Shown here: positions 1 through 9,389 of the stretch, piece by piece | How positions within the stretch are numbered: position 1 is the first letter of the stretch | Layout: every line of letters starts with the position of its first letter | Origin: Octopus sinensis | Taxonomy: Eukaryota | Direction: 5' to 3' | Length of the DNA: 25,967 nt | Assembly (NCBI RefSeq): GCF_006345805.1 | Contig: NW_021836033.1 | Coordinates: 1 to 25,967 of the forward strand | Notes under the pieces: model-generated | The model's database searches: none | What the model was told of the DNA's origin: nothing | Seen by the model: the letters and a program-made list of their open reading frames with translations, nothing else | Position numbers and translations under genes: made by a program

Positions 1-521
1 ATATATATAACACACACACACACTCACATTAATATATATATATATATATATACATACACATGCTCACTTGTAACAATACATAAATATAGATACATACATA
101 TGGATGTAAATATATCCATATACGTATTCACATGCATACACATATGTATATTCGTGTGTATGCTTGTACATATATGCATAACAGAACACTTCAATCAATT
201 GTACAGGATATGCTGTTAGTTTTTTTTGTTGCTTGAAACAGTTTTCTTCTTTCCTTTTTTTATGGAACCTACTTGCTATATATCCAGAAACAGCAAACTA
301 AACTAGTTAACAAACATTAATAATTAACTGGTGTCTACCTATATGCATAAAATACAAACCAACTGCTCTTGTATCTCATATTTTCTATACATGGACAAAC
401 ACATACCCAAAATATGTTGTCTACACTCTCACTTACACACACATGTATACAAGAAACACATTATCTACACATGTACGCAAATAATATAGACAATCTGAAA
501 TACATATATGTCAAAAAGGCA

Positions 522-858
522 TTCTTTTATTCTTTTACTTGTTTCAGTCATTTGACTGTGGCCATGCTGGAGCACCGCCTTTTAGTCAAGCAAACCGACC
601 CAAGGACTTATTCTTTGTAAGCCTAGTACTTTTTCTATCGGTCTCTTTTTGCTGAAACACTAAGTTACGGGGACGTAAACATACCAGCACCGGATGTCAA
701 GCGATGTTGGCGGGGGGAGGGGGGACAAACACACACACACACACATATATATATATACATATATACAACAGGCTTCTTTCAGTTTCCCTCTACCAAATCC
801 ACTCACAAGGCTTTGGTCAGCCCAAGGCTATAGTAGAAGACACTTGCCCAAGGTGCCA
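522..858 (-). mobile_element. Family A SINE, 5'-truncated
   Basis: Reverse complement of the family A body, internal (TA)/(TG) microsatellite and AAGTAAAAGA tail. Ends at TGGCACCTTGGGCAAGTG; head absent. Confidence 0.9.
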
Positions 859-1284
859 ATATATGTGCACACATATATGATAGTTACAGAAATGCAAATA
901 TTCACACACAAGCATGCAGGCATATACTAAATGCAAGTACATACACCGACAGACTTACACCAAAATATACACACCCATGTAGTGATGAACACTGTTATGG
1001 AAGCACACAAACACATGCACACCAAGATATACAGACAACTACATGCACCACACATACAATCATAGCAGCAGTGGTGGTGGCAGCGATGGCAATAACAACA
1101 ACAACTACCATGATGACAACACCATGGGCAAATACACAAACACAGAGGGACACAGGAACTGTACCAAATTTTGGTGTCTTAGGACAGTAGCAGCACAGTG
1201 GGGTGAGAGGATGGGGCTGAGGGGAAGGCCATACTGCTCATGATACTCTTAAAGGCAGGAACTTTTCACCATAGAGGATGTGCA

Positions 1285-1340
1285 TATAATATATATATGT
1301 GTTGTATGTATAGTGTGTATATGTATATATGTATATGTGT

Positions 1341-1374
<34 letters not shown>

Positions 1375-1410
1375 ATATAGATATATATATATATGTGTGT
1401 ATGTATGCAT
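1285..1410. repeat. (TA)n/(TG)n microsatellite
   Basis: Direct reading. Confidence 0.95.
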
Positions 1411-2640
1411 GTATATGGTGGTTGTTTACTCCTTATGCAAAGTTTGATCACCTCCTTTACCTACACTTTAAAACCTTCATGGGCATCTGATGTGACTTTT
1501 TAAACCAGACAATGTTTTGAAAATACACCCACGTAGATTGCATATCTGCTTTGGACCACCAAGAGTTGCAGTTAGTTCTGATCTTCTAGATCTAAAATGT
1601 CTTTTGGGGCCTCTGTTAGATTTGCAAACCTGCTGGCATACTTCAGTGTCTATATTTATATATATATATATTATTATATATATATTATATATATATAACT
1701 GTATAATAATAAATCATAACGATATATATTCTCCAATTTGAAGTGACAATTTTTAAATACAAACAAATGACAGGAAAAATTATGAATTAATTAATCCTAG
1801 CCAGAATTGAACCCACAAATCAACGCTAGCATGGCTTCTTGCAGATCTGATTGGGCCAAATGCCCACCCATCAATATATACTTAAACTGTCTAATGTTAC
1901 ATATAAACAAACCAGAAAAGCTTTGTAAGTTACAGATTGAAAACTACTATGGAAGACTCATAGTAAATAAAATGTATATATGGAATTGTATGTTTGAATA
2001 TCTGTGTATGAAAGAATCTGTGCTAAGTTGGTGTGAGTGAGTGAAATTTCCTCATACTTCTCTGAGTAACCTTCGGTGGAAGCAGCTGCAGTAGAGCGTA
2101 TTCAGGTACTTTTAAGACACCAATAAAATGAATCTTAAACACCTTTAAGTACAGTGATATTCATCTTAAACAAGATGGTGGTTTAGAGAAATGGAGAAAA
2201 TAATTACAGACTAATGTTTCATGAAAATTCCTGGAGCAATTTGAAGCTGTGTTTCAACAGGATAATATTTGTCACTACAATTTCTATTGCAACAAATTCT
2301 ATGTTCTTAGCTCGAAAATTATAGTGCTGTACCAGAGATTAATTGGTACGAAGTGAACTGCCAGCATTGGCAATATGAAGAAAGTGGGAAATTTACCAAA
2401 AAAATAAATAAATGAACGAATGAATGAAATAAGTATAAGAAAACATTAATATCACTAAAATGGTTATGGAAAATTTTACAACAGATTTAGTTTCTTGTCT
2501 TTATAGCTTTTAAAACACTCAAATTTACAAGTCTTGCAGAAAGTACATCAATAAAGATAGATATATTCACCTACCTATCATCACTGCCTGTGTTTCCCTC
2601 TCAAGACACACACATTCATTCATATTCATATAGCATAATA

Positions 2641-2906
2641 CATTATTTACATTTGACGAATATTTGTCCTCATCTTCTTTATTGTTAACATGTTTCGGCT
2701 GACATACCCTCCAGCTTTCATCAGGTGTCTTGGGGGAAATTTCAAACCTGGGTTCTCATTCCTAAGGTATTTTTCAATGTTATTACTATTATTATTATTA
2801 TTATTATTATTATCATCATTATTATTATTATTCAGGTCACTGTCTGGAATCAAACTCGGAATCTTGGGGTTAGTAGCTCGCGCTCTTAACCACTATGCTA
2901 TATGCC
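2641..2906 (-). mobile_element. Family D SINE-like element: tRNA-like head + (AAT)n + hammerhead-bearing tail
   Basis: Minus strand begins GGCATA-TAGCATAGTGG (A box, 2900-2890) ... CTACTAA ... GTTTGATTCC (B box, one mismatch), then (AAT)n, a linker, GACACCTGATGAAAGCTG..CAGCCGAAAC and a tail ending TGTAAATAATG. Aligns end to end with 5360-5571. Confidence 0.8.
2687..2729 (-). ncRNA. Degenerate minimal type I hammerhead ribozyme
   Basis: GACAC-CUGAUGA-A-AGCUG-gagggtatgt-CAGCC-GAAA-CAUGUU. Core is intact, stem II has one mismatch, and the stem III/stem I 3' strand has a small deletion. Confidence 0.55.
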
Positions 2907-2946
2907 TGATGAAGGCTGGAGAGTATATCAGCCGGAACGTTGTGTT
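2905..2946 (+). ncRNA. Degenerate minimal type I hammerhead ribozyme
   Basis: CUGAUGA 2906-2912, extra A, stem II GGCUG/CAGCC (2914-2918/2929-2933), GGAA instead of GAAA, then CG-UU-GUGUU. The 5' strand of stem I is truncated. Confidence 0.55.
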
Positions 2947-2994
2947 AGCAACAAACAAGATGAGGACAAATATCCGTCAAATGTAAATAATGTA
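2905..2994 (+). mobile_element. Inverted copy of the family D 3' (hammerhead) segment, abutting the head of the minus-strand copy
   Basis: CCTGATGAAGGCTGGAGAGTATATCAGCCGGAACGTTGTGTT...TGTAAATAATG is the reverse complement of about 2641-2725 and shares CC (2905-2906) with the head. Confidence 0.85.
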
Positions 2995-3052
2995 CATAAT
3001 TCCTTGTCCCTTAAATATAGAACTGGAATACAGCATAATACTTATAATGTTC

Positions 3053-3265
3053 ATTTTATCATGCTTGTATGGGTTGGACAGAATTTGTTAAGATCTATGG
3101 CTGGATGCCCTTCCTTTCACCAATCTTTGTCTCTTTCCAACTAAAGTAATGTTTCCTCATGGCTGGACATGTTTTTGCAGAGGATTGGAAATGAAGAACA
3201 TTACTTCTACTGACATCGACAGTTGCTTACAACTGATACATAGCATCAAGACAGGGAGAGACTAA
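3053..3265 (-). mobile_element. Old family C-related repeat (similar to about 13827-13990)
   Basis: Shares ATGGGTTGGACAG and GGCTGGATGCCCTTCC with family C, and GGAAATGAA..AC with 13940-13955. Confidence 0.55.
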
Positions 3266-3316
3266 CACACACACACACACACACACATTTGTTGGGCTGT
3301 TTTTAGTTATTGTTAT

Positions 3317-3709
3317 CTTGCTTACAAACCACATGGTTCCGGGTTCAGCCCCACTGTGTGGTACCTTGGGCAAGTGTCTTCTACTATAGCCTCGGGCTGA
3401 CCAAAGCCTTGTGAGTGGATTTGGTAGACAGAAACTGAAAGAAGCCCATCGTATATATGTATATATATATGTGTGTGTATGTGTGTGTGTGTGTGTGTAT
3501 ATATGTTTGTGTGTCTGTGTTTGTCCCCCCCTAACATCGTTTGACAACCGATGGGGGTGTGTTTACATCCCAGTACCTTAATGGTTTGGCAAAAGAGACC
3601 GATAAAACAAGTACTAGGCTTACAAAGAATAAGTACTGGGGTCGATTTGCTCGACTAAAGGCGGTGCTCCAGCATGGCCACAATCAAATGACTGAAACAA
3701 GTAAAAGAG
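3317..3709 (+). mobile_element. Family A SINE, near full length
   Basis: B-box-like GGTTCAGCCCC, ACCTTGGGCAAGTG, internal microsatellite, 3' GAAACAAGTAAAAGAG. Confidence 0.9.
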
Positions 3710-4042
3710 TATCCAAACCCTTCCAGAGGGTTTTGGTCAGTCTGAAGATACTAATGCAAGGTGCTACACAGTGGGGCTGAATCAGAACCTACATTATTCT
3801 CTGGGTCCTTCACTTTTTATGATGCGTGATATATATATATATATATAATGGTGCATTTGTGTGTGCATGCATGTGTGTGTCTGTACACATTTGTGAGTGT
3901 ACATCTATCTATCTATATATCTATCAGCTTGCCTGCCTACCTGCCCGACCGTCCATCCATCCATCCATCCATCCATCAATCCATCTCTGTCTATCTATTT
4001 CTCTGCCTATCTACCTATCTATTTATCTATCTATCTATTTCT

Positions 4043-4457
4043 TATTTCTTTATTGCCCACAAGGGGCTAAACATAGAGGGGACAAACAAGGACAGACAAG
4101 AGGATTAAGTCGCTTGCATCGACCCCAGTGCATAACTGGTACTTAATTTATCGACCCCGAAAAGATGAAAGGCAAAGTCGACCTCGGCGGAATTTGAACT
4201 CAGAACGTAACAGCAGAAGAAATACCTATTTCTTTATTACCCACAAGGGGCTAAACATAGAGGGAACAAACAAGGACAGACATAGGTATTAAGTCGATTA
4301 CATCGACCCCAGTGCGTAACTGGTACTTAATTTATCAACCCCGAAAGGATGAAAGGTAAAGTCGACTTTGGTGGAATTTGAACTCAGAACATAACGGCAG
4401 ACGAAATACCGCAAAGCATTTCGCCCGGCGTGCTAACGTTTCTGCCAGCTCGTTGCC
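4043..4457 (-). mobile_element. Family B SINE head-to-tail dimer (full copy 4227-4457, headless copy 4043-4226)
   Basis: Head GGCAACGAGCTGGCAGAAAC..., B-box-like GAGTTCAAATTCC, junction AAAGAAATA|GGTATTTC. Confidence 0.92.
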
Positions 4458-4585
4458 TTATCTATCTATTATTTCTATCTATCTATCTGTCTGTCTGTCT
4501 ATCTACATGTACATTTATCTCTCTATAGTCTCTCTCTCTCTCTCTCCCTCCTTCCCTCCCTCTGCACATATCTTTTATTTGCTTC

Positions 4586-4645
4586 AGGCCAACCAAAGCC
4601 TTGTGAGTGGATTTTGTAGATGGAAACTGAAAAGATGCCCATCAT
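4586..4645 (+). mobile_element. Family A SINE internal fragment
   Basis: CCAAAGCCTTGTGAGTGGATTTTGTAGATGGAAACTGAAA matches the other A copies. Confidence 0.75.
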
Positions 4646-4648
4646 GTG

Positions 4649-4694
<46 letters not shown>

Positions 4695-5138
4695 GACAGT
4701 TAGGTAGGTAGGTAGGTAAGTAGATAGATCATACACACATGCTCACAGATATATATATATATGTATATATAATGTATTTATTGGTACTGTCATTATTTTA
4801 AATTTCTTTTTCTCTAGCTGACTTCATTTAGAAGAATTTATCAAATGGCAAGCTGCCATTTTCTCACTCTTCTTGTATGAAGGCCATAATTATCAACTGA
4901 GATCTTAACAACTTGTGCTCACATTTGCTTCTACCGCTGCGCTTTCTACTGTAGCGCCCTCTTCATCTTGGTAATGACACTTATTCATCTTTCATGGAAT
5001 GTCACTTACATATATCCTAAGTCTACAAGTGATGTTGTAATCTCACATATACAAATTAGCAATTACTTTTGCTAACCAAAATGCCTTGTGGGGTGTTTTT
5101 CTCTATCATTTATAATTGAGGCGCCAAGGCCTGGCCAT

Positions 5139-5320
5139 TTACTCTTTTATTCCGGTCATTTGACTGCAGCCATGCTGGAGCACTATATTGAAGGGTTTTT
5201 AGTCAAACAAGTTAGCCCCAGGACTTTTTTTAAGACTAGTACTTATTCTGTCAGTTTTTGTTTGTTGAACTACTAAATTCACACCAACTTCAGTAGTCAA
5301 ATGATGATGGTGGGGACAAA
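5139..5320 (-). mobile_element. Family A SINE, diverged 3' portion
   Basis: GGTCATTTGACTGCAGCCATGCTGGAGCAC...TAGTACTTATTCT...GGGGACAAA matches the A 3' half. Confidence 0.75.
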
Positions 5321-5359
5321 TGATTTACAAGCCCTAAAATCCACTCCATAATTGCCCAT

Positions 5360-5571
5360 GGGCATATGGTGTTGTGGTTAAGAGCATGGGCTACTAACCC
5401 CAAAATTCCATGTTCGATTCCAGCCAGTGACCTGAGTAATAATAATAATATCAAAAAATACCTTAGGAATGAGAACCCAGGTTCGAAATTTCCCCAAGAC
5501 ACCTAATGAAGCCAAAACATTGTGTTAACAAACAAGATGAGGGCAAATATCTGTCAAATGTAAATAATGTA
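5360..5571 (+). mobile_element. Family D SINE-like element, second full copy, with hammerhead stem II deleted
   Basis: A box TGGTGTTGTGG 5367-5377, B box GTTCGATTCC 5412-5421, (AAT)n, then GACACCTAATGAAGCCAAAACATTGTGTT and the same tail as 2641-2906. Confidence 0.8.
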
Positions 5572-5728
5572 TATTATATATTATCATGAACTCTACTTTT
5601 TTTCTATTGACAGATTATATGCCCAATATTAAACTATTTTTATTAGTCATTGCATAGTGTGATCACTTATAAGCTTTAAATTTATGGAATATTATTATTG
5701 CTATTATTATTATATATGTATATATATA

Positions 5729-6130
5729 GGTGCAGGAGTGGCTGTGTGGTAAGTAGCTTGCTAACCAACCACATGGTTCCGGGTTCAGTCCCACTGCATG
5801 GCATCTTGGGCAAGTGTCTTCTGCTATAGTCCCGGGCTGACCAATGCCTTGTGAGTGGATTTGGTAGATGGAAACTGAAAGAAGCCTGTCGTATATGTGT
5901 ATATATGTGTATGTGTGTGTGTGTGTGTGTCTGTGTTTGTCCCCCTAGCATTGCTTGACAACCGATGCTGGTGTGTTTACGTCCCTGTCACTTAGCGGTT
6001 CGGCAAAAGAGACCGATAGAATAAGTACTGAGCTTACAAAAAATAAGTCCCGGGTTCGATTTGCTCGACTAAAGGCGGTGCTCCAGCATGGCCGCAGTCA
6101 AATGGCTGAAACAAGTAAAAGAGTAAAGAG
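5729..6130 (+). mobile_element. Family A SINE, full length (tRNA-derived head)
   Basis: A-box-like TGGCTGTGTGG and B-box-like GGTTCAGTCCC; body motif CTTGGGCAAGTG resembles the start of the CORE domain; TAAAAGAG tail repeat. Confidence 0.92.
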
Positions 6131-6141
6131 TAATATATAAT

Positions 6142-6284
6142 AAGCTTCTTTCAGTTTCCATCTACTAAATCCAGTCAGAAGGCTTTGGTCAGCCTGAGGC
6201 TATAGTAGAAGACACATGACTAAGGTGCCATGCAGTAGGAGTGAACCTGGAACCATGTGGTTGGTTAGCAAGCTTCTTACCACA
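6142..6284 (-). mobile_element. Family A SINE 5' half, inverted relative to 5729-6130
   Basis: Reverse complement of about 5745-5885. Confidence 0.85.
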
Positions 6285-6824
6285 TGTTTAAGCTATATGT
6301 TCATATTTTTTTTTAGAAATCATGACAGAAGTCTTTTGAATTATTCGAAAATCCACCCAATTACTCTGGGGTTGGAAAAACAGATTTGTCTTCAGATATT
6401 TCTGTTTATATAAATTTTTTGGCAATAATCAATTGTATTATATTTGCATTGTATGGAAATGATGAATAGCCATTGGCATTTCCACAATGGGGATTAGAGG
6501 AAGGAAGTGTTGTGTGCCACTGTGGTGGTGGCAGGGGCATCACTTATATAAACAAAGATTCTTCCTAATTATTTTCAAATATATATTTTAAAAAAATCAG
6601 AAACTTTAGAACAATATAAAAAAAAATGCAGAAAAACATGGAAAAAAGCTAAAAAATATATAGCTTCAGGCTAAAAACTTACAATTGCACAATGGTGCCA
6701 AGAACAAAGGAATGATAATGATAACATTAATTTGAACCAAAAAAAAATAGAACTGAACATCGATGACAATACAGACAACAGCAGCAGCAACAACAACAGC
6801 AGCATACCATTTTTTTTTTTGCAG

Positions 6825-6916
6825 ATGTTGTGAAACAAAAGGAGAAACTTGCCTTGAGCCAACTCAAGGAAAAACTGCAGGAATCGATGTGTTGCAAAAA
6901 CAAAAAAAGATTGAAG
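6825..6916 (+). CDS. Candidate internal exon (phase 1 to 0), (D)VVKQKEKLALSQLKEKLQESMCCKNKKRLK; product unknown
   Basis: Strong acceptor (T11)GCAG, open 92-nt frame, donor AAG|GTATTC. No homology recognised. Confidence 0.35.
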
Positions 6917-7033
6917 GTATTCTTTGTTCAAAGTTATAGCCAGGAAATGGTAAAGGTATTCTTTATTCAAAGTTTTAGCCAGGAAATGGTAAAGGTGTTC
7001 TTTGTTCAAAGTTTTAGTCAGGAAATAGTAAAG
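6914..7033 (+). repeat. 39-bp tandem repeat, 3 units
   Basis: AAGGTATTCTTTGTTCAAAGTTATAGCCAGGAAATGGTA x3, units start at 6914, 6953 and 6992. Confidence 0.95.
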
Positions 7034-7390
7034 AGGAACATGAAAGACTTCTGTTTTTCAAACTATGTGGAAAGTTTCTATATGACATCATAGGCAGCAT
7101 TAGCAGAAGAACCCTGGCCTATATGTCACAGGTAGTTTTCACCCTTACATGAGGCAAAGAATATAGAAATTTTGTGCCTGAAATCTGAGAGCATGTAGAG
7201 TTGAAAACAGCATAAAGAAGGAAAGGAGTTAAATTTTCATTCCAGAATATGAGGAAGCCAATACAAGTGAGAGCTATTAACAGCTGGACCTGACATATTA
7301 ATAAGTCAGGTGATATAATAATTATTATACAAAAAGGTATGGCTAAGTAATTCATGGACATCATTTCAGCTTCAATCTTGTGATATGGCC

Positions 7391-7595
7391 TGAGGTTGAC
7401 TTTGCTTTTCATCCTTTCGGGGTCACTCAGTATTTCACCTGTCTTTACATTCTGAGTTCAAATTCTGTCGAGGTCGACTTTGCCTTTCATCCTTTCTTGG
7501 GTCACTAAATTAAGTACCAGTTGTGTACTGGGGTCGATCTGATCGACTGGTTCCCTCCCCAAGTTTTGGGCCTTGTGCCTAGAGTAAAAAAGAAT
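7391..7595 (+). mobile_element. Family B SINE, alternative-tail variant (B'), 5'-truncated, with a short upstream duplication
   Basis: GAGGTCGACTTTGCCTTTCATCCTTTC occurs twice; tail GGGCCTTGTGCCTAGAGTAAAAAAGAAT. Confidence 0.8.
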
Positions 7596-8127
7596 CCTTT
7601 GATATGGCATTTAGGCAAATGTTTTCTAAAATAGCTTCAGATGAACAAATGCTTCATGAATGAATTTGGTACACAAAAACTGCACAAAAGCCAAGCATTA
7701 TGTGTGGGCATTCATGCATGTGTGCATGCGTATGTGTCTCTAACTGCTTGTCAAATTGTGATGCCTTGTTTACCTACCCACAACTTAGTGGTTTAGCGAC
7801 AAGAACCCAGAATATGTCAAAGAATAAGCACTACGTTTAAAATAAGAGCAGATAATTTGATTGATGAAGGCCTTCAGTCAAAAGACTGTAACCAGTAAAA
7901 AAGCATAAAAATGACAGGAATATTGGTTTGTCACCACCGTCATTTTCATCACCATTTTTTTACATCAGTTTTGCCATGTTGGAATCAGTTCAACAGGTCT
8001 GTTCAATCTAAGCATTGCCCTATTTGTTTTGATTTGACTCATTAACCCTCTTAGATCGGGGTCTCTGTGTCAAACGTTATGCTGCATATGGGCTCCTGAG
8101 CAAAATAAATAAATAAAATAAATTATA

Positions 8128-8527
8128 GGCGTAGGAGTGGCTGTGTGGTAAGTAGCTTGTTTACCAACCACATGGTTCCGGGTTCAGTCCCACTGCGTGG
8201 CACCTTGGGCAAGTGCCTTCTACTATAGCCTCGGGCCGACCAAAGCCTTGTGAGTGGATTTGGTTGACGGAAACTGAAAGAAGCCCATCGTATATATGTA
8301 TATATGTGTGTATGTATATGTTTGTGTGCCTGTGTTTGTCCCCCTTGCATTGCTTGACAACCGATGCTGGTGCGTTTACATCACTGTAACTTAGCAGTTC
8401 AGCAAAAGAGCCCGATATAATAAGTACTAGGCTTCCAAAGAATAAGTCTTGGTGTCGATTTGTTCGACTAAAGGCAGTGCTCCAGCATGGCCACAGTCAA
8501 GTGACTGAAACAAGTAAAAGAGTAAAA
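8128..8527 (+). mobile_element. Family A SINE, full length
   Basis: GGCGTAGGAGTGGCTGTGTGGTAAG through GAAACAAGTAAAAGAGTAAAA. Confidence 0.92.
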
Positions 8528-8650
8528 TAGTTCTATACACAGCTCAAGAGCAACAATTGCAGGCAAACTAATGGAGAGAATAACAAAATAATTCAGGAGA
8601 ATAACAATAATAGGCCTATCTCTCAACTACCGTATTTGTTAGGCAAACTA

Positions 8651-8726
8651 ATGGACAGAAGCCGCTGCATCTTCTTTTTGCTACGACTGTTGTTTGTTAT
8701 AGCTTTACCAGGAATCCAGTTAGATG
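8651..8726 (+). CDS. Candidate exon with signal-peptide-like sequence MDRSRCIFFLLRLLFVIALPGIQLD(G)
   Basis: Basic N-region, hydrophobic core, phase-1 donor G|GTATTT, upstream acceptor TTGTTAG. Pattern only. Confidence 0.25.
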
Positions 8727-8744
8727 GTATTTCACTTATTTCTG

Positions 8745-9338
8745 GCGGCGAGCTGGCAGAATCGTTCGCATGCCGGGCGAAATACTTATTAGTATTTCGT
8801 CTACGTTCTGAGTTCAAATTCCGCCGAGGTCGACTTTGCCTTTCATCCTTTCGGGGTCGATTAAATAAGTACCAGTTACGCACTGGGGTCGGTATAATCG
8901 ACTTAAACCGTTTGTCTGTCCTTGTTTGTCTCCTCTGTGTGTAGCCCCTTGTGGGTAGTAAAGAAATAGGTACATATATCTGCCGTTACGTTCTGAGTTT
9001 AAATTCCGCCGAGGTCAACTTTGCCGTTCATCCTTTCGGGGTTGATTAAATAAGTACCAGTTACGCACTGGGGTCAGTATAATCGACTTAACCGTTTGTC
9101 TGTCCTTGTTTTTTCCCCTCTGTGTGTAGCCCTTGTTGTGTAGTAAAGAATAGGTATTTCGTCTGCCGCTACGTTCTGAGTTCAAATTTCGTCCGGGTCG
9201 ACTTTGCCTTTCATCCTTTCGGGGTCGATCAATTAAGTACCAGTTACGCACTGGGGTTGATATAATCGACTTAACCTCCCGTTTTCTGTCCTTGTTTGTC
9301 CCTTCTGTGTGTAGCCCCTTGTGGGTAGTAAAGAAATA
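8745..9338 (+). mobile_element. Family B SINE head-to-tail trimer (8745-8968, 8969-9152, 9153-9338) with 19-bp TSD
   Basis: Three aligned monomers. The identical sequence GGTATTTCACTTATTTCTG lies at 8726-8744 and 9339-9357. Confidence 0.95.
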
Positions 9339-9389
9339 GGTATTTCACTTATTTCTGCTATGATGGGAATATAGCACGACAGAGTTAAC

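Noticed and set aside
4900-4990. Minus-strand mini-exon MNKCHYQDEEGATVESAAVEAN|GTGAGC
   Set aside because: Good donor but no acceptor or partner exon; insufficient support.
5361-5432. Functional tRNA gene (anticodon-like ACT)
   Set aside because: Acceptor, D and T stems pair poorly and the sequence continues into a repeat body; it is a SINE head. The same applies to A and B heads.
5870-5892. CTGAAAGA in family A as a hammerhead core
   Set aside because: Does not fit CUGANGA and has no downstream stem II-GAAA arrangement.
8745-9338. CRISPR-like or satellite array
   Set aside because: Units are whole SINE monomers with no unique spacers, in a eukaryotic context.
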